From: an uncultured Candidatus Saccharibacteria bacterium
GTDB taxonomy: Bacteria > Patescibacteriota > Minisyncoccia > UBA6257 > UBA9933
Length of the DNA stretch: 64,000 bases
Assembly: GCA_964428615.1 (NCBI GenBank)
Contig: CAYRXZ010000002.1
Span: forward strand, 968-64,967
Direction: 5' to 3'
Shown here: positions 36,248 to 46,330 of the stretch, one piece after another
Numbering within the stretch: position 1 is the first letter of the stretch
Layout: each line of letters begins with the position of its first letter
The notes under the pieces: model-generated
Database searches by the model: none
Told to the model about the DNA's origin: nothing
The model's input: only the letters and a program-made list of their open reading frames with translations
Made by a program: the position numbers and the translations under genes

Positions 36248-37954
36248 ATGATTAAAGCGGATATCGGTAAATATATCGATGAGGCGGTAAAAAAACTTTT
36301 TAGCCGCGAAATATCTTTTAATATTTTAATTCCGGAAAAAGAAAACTTTGGGCATTATTCAACCAATGCTGCTTTGAAATTGGCAAAGACTTTAAAGAAA
36401 AATCCAATGGAAATAGCGGAAAGTATTGAACATCAAGTATTAAGTATTAGTAAGGGATTTTTTGAGAAAATAGAAGTGGCACAACCTGGATTTATAAACT
36501 TCTGGGTTTCAAAAGAAATATTGCAAAAAGAGTTTGGCGGAATTTATAAAGCGGGCGATAAATGGGGCAAAACAAAAAATAAAGATAAAAAAAATGTTAT
36601 CGTTGATTATTGCGGTGTAAATATTGCTAAGCCGATGAGCGTGGGTCATTTACGTTCAACAATAATAGGACAAGCCTTGTATAATATTTTTAAATTTAAC
36701 GGTTGGAAAGTTATTGGAGATAATCACTTGGGTGATTGGGGAAAGCAATTTGGAGTTTTAATTGCGGCGTACAAGGAATACAAAAACAAACAAGCAAAGA
36801 AGAGTAAAAAAATTACCATAGACGATTTAATGGAATTATATGTAGATTATACTGCGCGAATGAAGGTGAATATTAAACTTGAAGAAATGGCGAGAGAAGA
36901 GACGAGAAAACTTCAATTCAACGAGAAAGAGAACATTAAAATCTGGAAAAAATTCCATAAAATAACATTTGGCGAACTTCAGGAAATTTTTAAAATACTT
37001 GAAATAAAATTTGACCATCAATTGGGCGAAAGTTTTTACAGTTCAATGCTTGAAAATGTCGTTAAAGACGCGATTAAAAATAGAGTTGCCGTAAAAAGTG
37101 AAGGCGCTATTGCTATTTTTATTAATAGAGATAAGGCTCCATTTTTAATACAAAAATCCGATGGTGCTTATTTATATGGGACAACAGATATCGCCACGGT
37201 TAAATATAGAATAGAAAAATTTAAAGCGGATATTATTTTGTATGTAATTGGAAACGAACAATCATTACATTTAGTCCAATTATTTGAGGTAGTAAAAAAA
37301 TTAGGAATTGTGAAAAATCAAAAATTAATTCATGTTAAATTCGGCTTAGTGCTTGGCGAGGATATGAAAAAACTTTCCACACGGACGGGAAAGCATATTT
37401 CTTTGGAAAATTTATTAAACGAAGCGGTTAAAAGATCTGCGAAAATTATTGAGAATAAAAATCCAAAGTTAAGCGTTAAAAATAAAAAGAAAGCAGCAGA
37501 AATTATTGGCATCGGCGCTGTGAAATATAATGATTTATCCCAAAACAGGCAATCGGATATTATTTTTGATTGGGATAAAATGCTTAATTTTGACGGGAAC
37601 TCAGCCCCATACATTCAATATACTTATGTGCGGTTAAAAAGCATTTTGAGAAAAACTAAGACGTCAAAATTTAATCCAAAATATCTTACCGAGAAATTGG
37701 AAATGGATTTAATTTTAAAACTGGAAGAATTTCCCGATGTTATTAAAAATATTACAGATACTTATTTTACCCATTATTTGTCGGACTATTTATTTGAATT
37801 AGCAAGAATAACAAATGTTTTCTATCAAACAATGCCGGTTCTTAAAGCCGAAAAGGGAAAAAAAGAAGCTCGTCTTGCTTTGATTAAATCAGTAACTGAG
37901 ATTTTAAAAACTGGACTTAATCTTTTGGGAATAAATATTTTAGAAAAAATGTAA
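36248..37954 (+). CDS. argS: Arginyl-tRNA synthetase
   Basis: Class I HIGH-like PMSVGHLRSTIIG. C-terminal DALR anticodon-binding domain ending in M. 568 aa. Confidence 0.88.
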   Translation: MIKADIGKYIDEAVKKLFSREISFNILIPEKENFGHYSTNAALKLAKTLKKNPMEIAESIEHQVLSISKGFFEKIEVAQPGFINFWVSKEILQKEFGGIYKAGDKWGKTKNKDKKNVIVDYCGVNIAKPMSVGHLRSTIIGQALYNIFKFNGWKVIGDNHLGDWGKQFGVLIAAYKEYKNKQAKKSKKITIDDLMELYVDYTARMKVNIKLEEMAREETRKLQFNEKENIKIWKKFHKITFGELQEIFKILEIKFDHQLGESFYSSMLENVVKDAIKNRVAVKSEGAIAIFINRDKAPFLIQKSDGAYLYGTTDIATVKYRIEKFKADIILYVIGNEQSLHLVQLFEVVKKLGIVKNQKLIHVKFGLVLGEDMKKLSTRTGKHISLENLLNEAVKRSAKIIENKNPKLSVKNKKKAAEIIGIGAVKYNDLSQNRQSDIIFDWDKMLNFDGNSAPYIQYTYVRLKSILRKTKTSKFNPKYLTEKLEMDLILKLEEFPDVIKNITDTYFTHYLSDYLFELARITNVFYQTMPVLKAEKGKKEARLALIKSVTEILKTGLNLLGINILEKM

Positions 37955-37957
37955 ATT

Positions 37958-38485
37958 ATGGTTATTGTTTTTACCGGCAATGGAAAAGGAAAAACAACAG
38001 CTGCTTTAGGTCAAGCGATAAGAGCATTAGGCAGAGAGAAGAAAGTCTTAATAATTCAATTTATTAAAAATTGTGAAAGCGGTGAGCATTTATTTTTCAA
38101 GAAAATTCAAACGATTGATTTTTCTGAGAAAATCAAAATAATTCCGGCCGGGAAGGGATTTGTGAAGATTTTAGGCGATAAACTTCCATTAAGCGAACAT
38201 AAAAAAGCCGCTAATAATGCCTTAAAATTGGCTAAAAAGGAGATTTTAAGCGGAAAATGGGATTTAGTTGTTTTGGATGAAATTAATGTGGCAACGAACA
38301 TTAAATTAATCAAAGAGAAAGACGTTTTTAAAATTTTATCGTGTAAGGTTGTGCCGGTGGTAATTTTAACGGGTCGTGGCGCGCCAAAAAGTTTTATTAA
38401 AATAGCGGATTTGGTTACGGAAATGAAAGAAATAAAACACCCTTTTAAAAAAGGCGCGGCAGCTCAAATCGGAGTTGAATTTTAA
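37958..38485 (+). CDS. Corrinoid (cob(I)yrinic acid a,c-diamide) adenosyltransferase, CobA/CobO/BtuR family
   Basis: VIVFTGNGKGKTTAALG..QF.K....GE...LVVLDE...ILTGRGAP..ADLVTEM..IKHPF..G.AAQIGVEF closely parallels BtuR. Confidence 0.82.
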   Translation: MVIVFTGNGKGKTTAALGQAIRALGREKKVLIIQFIKNCESGEHLFFKKIQTIDFSEKIKIIPAGKGFVKILGDKLPLSEHKKAANNALKLAKKEILSGKWDLVVLDEINVATNIKLIKEKDVFKILSCKVVPVVILTGRGAPKSFIKIADLVTEMKEIKHPFKKGAAAQIGVEF

Positions 38486-39935
38486 AATGCGAATTCATGA
38501 TGTCGCTTTTTATACTGCCGGGTTTTTCATTTTAGGAATCTTTGGCTCTAGCTTAAAAATAAGTTTGCCGACTATTCTATTTATGACCGTTTTTATCGCG
38601 GTTCTATTTTTATTTACAGGATTTTATAAAAATTCAAAAAAATTATTTTGGCTCGCGGCGATTTCTTTGATGATTATCATCGGCGCTTTTTATTTTAATT
38701 TCCGAGATTTTAACAGAGAGGAAAATGTTAAAATCGTTTTTAACGAGAAAACTGATTTTCAGGGATTGGTGATGGGGGATCCTAGACGGGGCGAATGGCA
38801 GGATTTAAAAATAAAATTAATGCCACCTTATAGCGGAAATATTGCGGTTAAGCTATCACTTTATCCGAGTTTTAAATATGGCGATTTGATAAATTTTTCC
38901 GGTAAGATTAAAAAACCAGCAATGGATGAATACGCCGATTATCTTAAAAATGAAAATATTTCCGGGACTGCTGCTTTTTTAGGAACAGAATTAGTTGCCG
39001 AAAATCAAAACTCAAAAATAAAATCAATTCTTTTTGGTTTAAAAAATAAAACAATCGTCAATCTCCAAAAAGTTTTGCCGGCTGAAAGCGCGGCATTTAT
39101 GTCGGGAATTATTCTGGGGGAGCGGGCGGAATTTTCAAAAGAATTAAAAACCGCGATGTCTAATTCTGGCACGACTCATTTAGTAGCGCTTTCAGGCTAT
39201 AATATTTCAGTTATTGGTATAGCGATCGGCGTAATATTTGGTTATTTTTTAAATAGGCGATGGACTTTCTTTTTAAGTGTTTTAGTTATTGTTATTTTTG
39301 TTTTAATGACTGGAGCTGAAGCTTCAGTGGTTAGGGCAGCTATTATGGGCTCAATTTTGCTTCTAGCGAAACAAGTAGGTAGAATTTATAGTTTTAGAAA
39401 CGCTATTGCTTTAGCGGCGTTTTTTATGATATTGGAGAATCCGAGAATTTTAAATTTTGATATCGGTTTTCAATTATCATTTGTTGCGCTTTTAGGGCTT
39501 GTATATTTAGTGCCGGCACTCGAAAAAATTTTTAATTTAAATAAAGAAAATGATTTTTGGGGGGTAAAAGAGAATTTTTTGAATACTTTTTCGGCGCAAC
39601 TTGCCGTAGCGCCAATGCTTATTTTTTATTTCGGGAATTTTTCGCTTATTGCGGTTATTAGTAATATTTTAATTTTAACTTTTATACCGATTACAATGGC
39701 TTTGGGATTTATTTTGGCTGGGATAGGATTTATTTCTTATTATTTTTCTTTGGTTTTCGGTTGGTTTGTAAATTTATTTTTGGCGTACGAGCTTTTTATA
39801 ATAAAATTTTTCGGCGGACTAAATATTTTAAAAATAAATTTCTCCGGCGCGGTGCTGTTTGTTGTTTATTATATTATATTAATAGGATTAATAGTTTGGG
39901 CAAATAAAAAACATAATAGTGGGCCATCGAGATAG
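38475..39935 (+). CDS. comEC: DNA internalisation competence protein ComEC/Rec2 (OB-fold plus competence domain, no C-terminal metallo-beta-lactamase domain)
   Basis: Multi-TM. Competence-domain motif TAMSNSGTTHLVALSGYNIS. 486 aa, so shorter than the ~750 aa full form. Confidence 0.78.
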   Translation: MNFKMRIHDVAFYTAGFFILGIFGSSLKISLPTILFMTVFIAVLFLFTGFYKNSKKLFWLAAISLMIIIGAFYFNFRDFNREENVKIVFNEKTDFQGLVMGDPRRGEWQDLKIKLMPPYSGNIAVKLSLYPSFKYGDLINFSGKIKKPAMDEYADYLKNENISGTAAFLGTELVAENQNSKIKSILFGLKNKTIVNLQKVLPAESAAFMSGIILGERAEFSKELKTAMSNSGTTHLVALSGYNISVIGIAIGVIFGYFLNRRWTFFLSVLVIVIFVLMTGAEASVVRAAIMGSILLLAKQVGRIYSFRNAIALAAFFMILENPRILNFDIGFQLSFVALLGLVYLVPALEKIFNLNKENDFWGVKENFLNTFSAQLAVAPMLIFYFGNFSLIAVISNILILTFIPITMALGFILAGIGFISYYFSLVFGWFVNLFLAYELFIIKFFGGLNILKINFSGAVLFVVYYIILIGLIVWANKKHNSGPSR

Positions 39936-39963
39936 AGTTGGGAATTTAAAATCAAGTGTTTTG

Positions 39964-40821
39964 TCATGGCAAAGTACTTGAGTTTAACCTGTAGAAATTT
40001 TCCATTATTTTCGCCACCAAAATCGGGCCTGTGCCGCCGGGGGTTGGAGTGTAAAAAAACGATGAATTTTTGGCATTAAATAATGAGGTGTCGAAGTCTC
40101 CCTTTATTTTTTTACTCATTACTCCATACTTATTTCTCTTTTTTGTTATACTATAACCGAAATCAATTACAATAGCACTTTCTTTTAAATCTTTTTCGGA
40201 AAATAAGTTTGGCTTACCGGCGCCACTAATTATTACATCGGCGTTTTTTAACTCTTCTTTAATGTTTTCCGTTTTGCTGTTTAAAATTATCAGTTCCGCG
40301 GTTTTTTCTTTGAGCCACGCCGCAATTGGTCTGCCTATTAAATTGCCGGTGCCCATGACGGCAACTTTTTTAGAATTTAGAATATAGGATTGAGAATTTA
40401 GTATTTCTTTAACGACTTCAACTGCCGGCGGTAAAATTGTGCTCTTTCCAGCGTTAAAAACTTTAAGTGCCTGCTTGCCTAAAACATCAATATCTTTTTC
40501 CGCCGGAATGATATTTAAAATTTCTTGGCTATTAAATTGTTTAGGCAAAGGAAGTTGAATAATTATTCCGCCAACAGATTCTTGGTTGACGATTTCATCT
40601 ACCTTTTGGAGAAGTTCTCCTCGGGAAATATTTTCCGGGAATTCATAAATTTGAAAATCAACATTAAGTTCTTTAGCAGCTTTTTCTTTTTGTTTGAGAA
40701 AACTTATTGAGGCGAAATTTTTTCCGACTAAAACAGCTGCTAAAGTTTTATTTGGCGTTGGGTGTAATTTAAGCCTATTTGTAATTTTTTTGACTATCTC
40801 TTTACAGGGAATTTGTGGCAT
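39964..40821 (-). CDS. folD: Bifunctional methylenetetrahydrofolate dehydrogenase/cyclohydrolase FolD
   Basis: ..AAVLVG...S..Y...K.K.....G, GIIIQLPLP, VAVMGTGNLIGRP, PTPGGTGP(I). Confidence 0.9.
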   Translation of the reverse strand: MPQIPCKEIVKKITNRLKLHPTPNKTLAAVLVGKNFASISFLKQKEKAAKELNVDFQIYEFPENISRGELLQKVDEIVNQESVGGIIIQLPLPKQFNSQEILNIIPAEKDIDVLGKQALKVFNAGKSTILPPAVEVVKEILNSQSYILNSKKVAVMGTGNLIGRPIAAWLKEKTAELIILNSKTENIKEELKNADVIISGAGKPNLFSEKDLKESAIVIDFGYSITKKRNKYGVMSKKIKGDFDTSLFNAKNSSFFYTPTPGGTGPILVAKIMENFYRLNSSTLP

Positions 40822-42014
40822 AATCTTTGAACTTCTTTTTTGATTTCCGTAGTATTTTCTTCTTCTTTTAAAGTTTTATCAATAAGTTTAGCGATTTTTT
40901 TCATTTCTTTTTCTTTCATACCTCGGCTGGTTAGCGCCGGGGTCCCAAGTCGGATTCCCGAGGGGTTATTAGGAGTTTTCTCATCGTAAGGAATGGTATT
41001 TTTATTGACGATAATATTCGCTTTTTCAAGTATCTCGCTGGCTTGTTTTCCACCGATGCCACGAGAAAAAACATCTATTAATAAAAGGTGGGTATCGGTA
41101 CCGCCGGAAATAACGCGCCAGTCAAGCTTTTTGAGTTCTTCGGCTAATGCTTTGGCATTTTTAACAATTTGTTTAGCGTAATTTTTAAATTCCGGCTTGC
41201 TGGCTTCATATAAAGCGGTGGCAGTTGCGGTAATTTGGTTTATGTGAGGGCCGCCTTGCATCCCAGGGAATACTGCTTTATCTATTTTTTCGGAAAACCC
41301 TTTTTTTGAAAAAATCATGGCTCCGCGGGGCCCGCGAAGAGTTTTATGGGTGGTTGTCATAACAACATCGGCATATTTAAAGGGAGAAGGATAAACCTTG
41401 CCCGCCACCAAGCCAGCAAAATGCGACATATCAACCATAAGAATCGCGCCAATACTATCGGCGATTTTTCTGAATTTTTTAAAATCAATAATTCTTGAAT
41501 ATGCAGTAAAGCCGGCAACTATTAATAATGGTTTTTCTTTTTTGGCGATTTTTAAAATTTCGTCATAATCCAGCATTTCAGTTTTTTTATCTACGCCATA
41601 AGGGATTTGTTTCCATAATTTCCCGACTGCGCTTGCTTTGTGACCGTGAGTTAAGTGGCCACCCATATCAAGTCGCATACCCATTATTTTTCCTCTAACT
41701 GGAACTAGGGCGAGATAAATCGCGATATTAGCGGGCGAGCCGGAATAAGGTTGGACATTAACATTCCAATCCTGAGAAAGCTTAAAAACTTTTTTTGCTC
41801 GGTTTTTGGCAAGATTTTCAATTTTATCCACGATTTCATTTCCGGCATAATAACGTTTTCCTGAATAGCCTTCGGAGTATTTATTGGTTAAAACGGAACC
41901 AAGCGCTTCTAAAACGCTTTTTGAAACGATATTTTCCGACGGAATTAAGTTTAATGTTTCTGTTTGACGTTTTTCTTCGGCTTTTATAAGCTTTTTAAGC
42001 TTTTTATCTTCCAT
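40794..42014 (-). CDS. glyA: Serine hydroxymethyltransferase
   Basis: LNLIPSENIVS, pyridoxal-phosphate lysine motif TTTHKTLRGPRGA. 406 aa. Overlaps the folD start. Confidence 0.95.
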   Translation of the reverse strand: MEDKKLKKLIKAEEKRQTETLNLIPSENIVSKSVLEALGSVLTNKYSEGYSGKRYYAGNEIVDKIENLAKNRAKKVFKLSQDWNVNVQPYSGSPANIAIYLALVPVRGKIMGMRLDMGGHLTHGHKASAVGKLWKQIPYGVDKKTEMLDYDEILKIAKKEKPLLIVAGFTAYSRIIDFKKFRKIADSIGAILMVDMSHFAGLVAGKVYPSPFKYADVVMTTTHKTLRGPRGAMIFSKKGFSEKIDKAVFPGMQGGPHINQITATATALYEASKPEFKNYAKQIVKNAKALAEELKKLDWRVISGGTDTHLLLIDVFSRGIGGKQASEILEKANIIVNKNTIPYDEKTPNNPSGIRLGTPALTSRGMKEKEMKKIAKLIDKTLKEEENTTEIKKEVQRLCHKFPVKR

Positions 42015-42129
42015 ATTTCAATAATAAACTAAATTGGAGTTATCCACAATGAGAGGTTTTAATTAGCGGTTTTAAGATATATAATAGAATTAATAAAGGT
42101 CGAAGAATTGAATCTAGTAAATAAATTTT

Positions 42130-42813
42130 ATGGTAATTCAAACTTGGACGGAAATCTTAGTTGCTGCACTTCAAAATGTTTGGTATGGCGTTGTCAGTTT
42201 TTTACCGTCTTTACTGGGCGCTATAATAGTCCTAATCATCGGTTTAGTGGTAGCTTCAGTGGTTAAAACACTAATAGAAAAAATAGTTGCGGTTCTTAAA
42301 ATGGATGCTGGTTTGAAAAAAATCGGTTTAGCGCCGTTTTTTGAAAGAGCAGGTCTGCAAATTAATTCTGGGAAGTTCTTGGGCCTTTTAGTCTATTGGT
42401 TCTTAATGATTGTTTTCGTTTTAGCGATTACGGATATATTGGGCCTCTATGGAATTTCTTTGTTCCTTAAAGATGTTCTTTCTTATGTCCCCAACATCAT
42501 TGTCGCAGTTTTGATAATGTTGGCTTCGATTGTTGTCGCGAATTTCTTGAAATCATTGGTGAGAGCCACGGTTGCAAGCGCGAACCTTCCCAGCTCGCGT
42601 TTCTTGGGAACCTTGGCATGGTGGACAGTAGTTGTTTTCGGTTTATTGGCTGCTTTAATTCAGGTTGGCATTGCAGTTAGTCTTATAAATACCCTTATGA
42701 CGGGTTTTGTAGCTATGCTCGCCTTGGCTGGAGGTATTGCCTTTGGTATTGGCGGGAAAGATTATGCTGCGCATTTGCTTGAAAAATTCAGAAAAGAAAC
42801 CGAAGAAAGATAA
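42130..42813 (+). CDS. Membrane protein with two copies of an MscS-like 'conserved TM helix' repeat
   Basis: Internal repeat LLGAIIVLIIGLVVASVVKTLIEKIV against IIVAVLIMLASIVVANFLKSLVRATV. Domain assignment is recall-based. Confidence 0.35.
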   Translation: MVIQTWTEILVAALQNVWYGVVSFLPSLLGAIIVLIIGLVVASVVKTLIEKIVAVLKMDAGLKKIGLAPFFERAGLQINSGKFLGLLVYWFLMIVFVLAITDILGLYGISLFLKDVLSYVPNIIVAVLIMLASIVVANFLKSLVRATVASANLPSSRFLGTLAWWTVVVFGLLAALIQVGIAVSLINTLMTGFVAMLALAGGIAFGIGGKDYAAHLLEKFRKETEER

Positions 42814-42844
42814 ATTTAGTTCGAATTCGGTCTGAAAAACAGAA

Positions 42845-42876
42845 ATCCCGTTCTTGTGAGGAGACGGGGTTTTTGT
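42845..42876 (+). terminator. Intrinsic terminator (tcccgtt...gacgggg + TTTTT)
   Basis: Short GC stem followed by a T-tract after the 42130 gene. Confidence 0.45.
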
Positions 42877-42940
42877 TATTGAAAATTTATTAAAAATAAA
42901 TTATAATAATTTAAAGATTAAAGATTAAAGATTTTAACCT

Positions 42941-43576
42941 ATGGTCATCACTTTTTATGGCGAAGGCTGTTTTAAAATTCAAAGCGGCGAGCTTTCTGTT
43001 TTGATAGATCCTTTTGACGCTCAAACAGGGCTGACGCCGCCTCGTTTTAAGGCGGATATTGTTCTAAAAACGATTACATCAACTTCTTTTTTCGAGAAAA
43101 AAGAAGTTCCACTTTCTTCGGAAATTATCGGTCAGGGAGAGTATAATATTAAGGGCGCTGATATTTCGGGATTCCAATTAATAAAAGAATCGTCGAAAAT
43201 TTTTTTTAAAACAGTGTATGTCTTAAGAATTGAGGATATTAATTTATGTTTTTTAGGGCATATTTCTGAGGTTCCCGAGCCGACGGTTTTAGAACGTTTA
43301 GGAGAACCGGATATTATTTTTATTCCGGCCGGAGGTTCGCCATTTATAGATTTAAAGTCAGCGGTGAAAATTGCCAAACAGTTCCAGCCCAAAATGGTAA
43401 TACCTTCCTTCTTTAAAGTCCCCTCACTAAAAAGAAAAGCAGGAGATATTAAAGATTTTTTGGAAGAGTTTAACGGAGCTAAAGAAAAAATTAATGAAGC
43501 TGTTGAAAAATTAACAATAAAAAAGAAAGATTTGGCAGGAATAAAAAAAACGCAAATTACTGTATTAAAAATATGA
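42941..43576 (+). CDS. Metallo-beta-lactamase-fold hydrolase (UPF0173-like), metal-binding motif apparently degenerate
   Basis: ITFYGEGCFKIQSGELSVLIDPF resembles the MBL-fold family. The canonical HxHxDH motif is not evident. Confidence 0.45.
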   Translation: MVITFYGEGCFKIQSGELSVLIDPFDAQTGLTPPRFKADIVLKTITSTSFFEKKEVPLSSEIIGQGEYNIKGADISGFQLIKESSKIFFKTVYVLRIEDINLCFLGHISEVPEPTVLERLGEPDIIFIPAGGSPFIDLKSAVKIAKQFQPKMVIPSFFKVPSLKRKAGDIKDFLEEFNGAKEKINEAVEKLTIKKKDLAGIKKTQITVLKI

Positions 43577-43863
43577 TGTGGGTTAAAAGATTTATTGGAC
43601 GAATTCAAAATTCTGATGAACAAATAAAAAGGCGGTGGACGATTTTATTTAGTGTTACGGCGATTATGGTAGTTACTGCATTTTGGATTCTTTTTATGGT
43701 TCGTCAGATATCTTTTGTTGCGCCGGAAATTACCAATATAGATGAGCCGGGATTTTGGCAGATTTTTAAAAATGGAGCGTTAATGATTTTTAATTCAATT
43801 GGTGAAAATATTAAAAACATTTTTTTATTAATAACGGAGAAAAATACGATCGTAATAGAATAG
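43573..43863 (+). CDS. Hypothetical single-pass membrane protein
   Basis: ORF with ATGA overlap to the upstream gene. One TM helix (WTILFSVTAIMVVTAFWILFMV). Confidence 0.3.
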   Translation: MMWVKRFIGRIQNSDEQIKRRWTILFSVTAIMVVTAFWILFMVRQISFVAPEITNIDEPGFWQIFKNGALMIFNSIGENIKNIFLLITEKNTIVIE

Positions 43864-43877
43864 ACATGTCATAGAGA

Positions 43878-46328
43878 ATGGATATAAAAAATCAAAAAAT
43901 TGAAAAACAGGAAATAACAGATGAGCTTCGCGAATGTTATCTTGATTATGCGATGTCGGTTATAGTTTCGCGTGCTTTGCCTGACTTAAGAGACGGATTA
44001 AAACCAGTTCAAAGAAGAATTTTATGGACAATGTGGGAAGAAGGATTGGGATATTCGGCAAAATTCAGAAAATCGGCAAATGTTACAGGAACTGTTTTGG
44101 CGCGCTATCATCCGCATGGCGATATGGCAGTTTATGACGCTCTTGCCAGAATGGCGCAAGATTTTTCTTTAAGATATCCCCTTATTAAAGGACAGGGGAA
44201 CTGGGGCAGTATTGATGGTGATGCACCCGCCGCCCAACGTTACACCGAGGCCAAACTCACAAAAATTTCCGAGGAACTTTTATTTGATATTGAAAAAGAA
44301 ACCGTAGATTGGCAGCAGAATTATGATTCAACAAGAGAAGAACCAAAAGTCTTACCTTCAAAACTCCCAAACCTTTTACTTAATGGTTCATTTGGTATTG
44401 CCGTGGGAATGTCGACAAATATTCCTCCACATAATCTTTCTGAAATAGTAGACGCTTCAATTTATTTGGCAGATCACCCAAAAAGCGGGAATGAAGAACT
44501 TACGCAATTTATCCAAGGACCGGATTTTCCGACTGGTGGAATTATTTACGATAAAAAAGCGATTATTGAAGCATATGCCTCGGGTAAGGGAGCAATAACT
44601 TGCAGAGCTAAAACCGAAATAGAAGAAAGAAAGGCGGGGCAATTCAATATTGTAGTTACAGAAATTCCTTATCAAGTGAACAAGTCGGAACTTATAATTA
44701 AAATTGCCGAATTAGTTACAGATAAAAGAATAGAAGGAGTTCGCGATTTGCGCGATGAGAGCGACAGAGATGGTATGAGAATAGTGGTTGAACTTAAAAA
44801 TGACGCCAACCCTCAGAAAATTTTAAATCAGCTTTTCAAGCACACCGATCTACAGAAAAACTTTAATCTTAATATGATTGCGCTAGTAAGTGGAATTCAG
44901 CCGCAGCTTTTGTCTCTAAAGGAGGTTTTGGCTGGCCACTTGGAACATCGTAGGTTAGTGGTTGAAAAACGCGCTAAATATGAACTTAAAAAAGCTAAAG
45001 AACGCGAGCATATTCTTGAAGGTTTGGCAAAAGCACTTTCAAAAATAGATGAGATAATTTCAACAATTAAAAAATCAAAAGACCGTTCGGACGCTCATGA
45101 GAATTTGGTAAAGAAATTTAAATTTACCGATATCCAAGCGACTGCCATTTTGGAAATGAGACTCCAAAACTTGGCGGCTTTAGAAAGAAACAAAATAGAA
45201 GCTGAGCTTGAAGAGAAAAGAAAAATAATACGTGAACTTGAAATTTTACTTAAGAGTCCGGAAAAAATTCTTAAGGTTATCAAAGAAGAAATGCTTGAGC
45301 TTAAGACTATTTATGGTGATAGCCGTCGGACAAGGCTCGTTTCTTCCGGTTTAACAGAGTTTAAGGAAGAGGATTTAATTCCACAAGAAGAAGTTATGAT
45401 TACACTTTCGGGCAGTGGCTACATCAAAAGAGTCCCGCCTTCGACAATTAAAGTTCAGCATCGCGGCGGCAAAGGGGTTGTTGGCTCCGATGTCAGCGAG
45501 GAAGATTTTATAAGTCATTTTATTTCAGCGGATACTCATGATAATATTTTATTCTTTACAAATAGGGGCAGAGCTTTTCAAACGAAGGTTTATGAAATTC
45601 CAGCCGGTTCACGCACAAGCAAGGGCAAGGTAATTCAAAACTTTTTAGAAATTCCGACAGATGAAACAATAAGCGCCATCATTAGTTATTCGGATAAAAA
45701 AAATTCAGGTGGCGGAAAGTTTTTGGTGATGGTGACAAAAAAGGGAATAATTAAGAAAACCGGTTTGGAAAACTTTGAAAATATTCGCCGGAACGGAATA
45801 GCGGCGATTAACTTACAAAAAGGAGATGAACTTAAATGGGTTGAATTATCTTCGGGTAGGGACGAAATTATTTTGATTACTGCTAATGGTAAGGCGATAA
45901 GATTTAAGGAATCTCAATTAAGGTCGATGGGTAGAACAGCCGCCGGCGTGAAAGCTATTAAGATAAAAGGTAATGACTTTATTGCCGGGCTTGATATAAT
46001 AAATAGAGGTGATAAAACAAAAACAATAAGTGAAAAATTATTAATAATTACCGAAAATGGTTTCGCCAAACAGACACCATTAAAAGAATATAAAGTTCAA
46101 AGCCGTGGAGGACAAGGAATTAAAACGGCTAAAATTACCGAAAAAACAGGTAAAATAGTTACAGCGAAAATAATAGAAGGAGAAGAAGAACTTATGGCGC
46201 TTTCAAATAAGGGGCAGATTATAAAAACAAAAATTTCGGATATTAGAACGGCCGGCCGCGCTACTTCTGGAGTAAAAGTAATGAGGTTGAATAGCGGAGA
46301 TAAGGTGGCGGGAGCGGCAATATTGTAA
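43878..46328 (+). CDS. gyrA: DNA gyrase subunit A
   Basis: Active-site Tyr region (..AMRYTEAKL-like: QRYTEAKL), GyrA box QRRGGKG, C-terminal beta-pinwheel repeats. 816 aa. Confidence 0.95.
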   Translation: MDIKNQKIEKQEITDELRECYLDYAMSVIVSRALPDLRDGLKPVQRRILWTMWEEGLGYSAKFRKSANVTGTVLARYHPHGDMAVYDALARMAQDFSLRYPLIKGQGNWGSIDGDAPAAQRYTEAKLTKISEELLFDIEKETVDWQQNYDSTREEPKVLPSKLPNLLLNGSFGIAVGMSTNIPPHNLSEIVDASIYLADHPKSGNEELTQFIQGPDFPTGGIIYDKKAIIEAYASGKGAITCRAKTEIEERKAGQFNIVVTEIPYQVNKSELIIKIAELVTDKRIEGVRDLRDESDRDGMRIVVELKNDANPQKILNQLFKHTDLQKNFNLNMIALVSGIQPQLLSLKEVLAGHLEHRRLVVEKRAKYELKKAKEREHILEGLAKALSKIDEIISTIKKSKDRSDAHENLVKKFKFTDIQATAILEMRLQNLAALERNKIEAELEEKRKIIRELEILLKSPEKILKVIKEEMLELKTIYGDSRRTRLVSSGLTEFKEEDLIPQEEVMITLSGSGYIKRVPPSTIKVQHRGGKGVVGSDVSEEDFISHFISADTHDNILFFTNRGRAFQTKVYEIPAGSRTSKGKVIQNFLEIPTDETISAIISYSDKKNSGGGKFLVMVTKKGIIKKTGLENFENIRRNGIAAINLQKGDELKWVELSSGRDEIILITANGKAIRFKESQLRSMGRTAAGVKAIKIKGNDFIAGLDIINRGDKTKTISEKLLIITENGFAKQTPLKEYKVQSRGGQGIKTAKITEKTGKIVTAKIIEGEEELMALSNKGQIIKTKISDIRTAGRATSGVKVMRLNSGDKVAGAAIL

Positions 46329-46330
46329 AT

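Noticed and set aside
42043-42051. Perfect DnaA-box consensus TTATCCACA upstream of glyA
   Set aside because: A single 9-mer match is expected by chance about once in 64 kb on two strands. It is far from dnaA, and there is no cluster of boxes.
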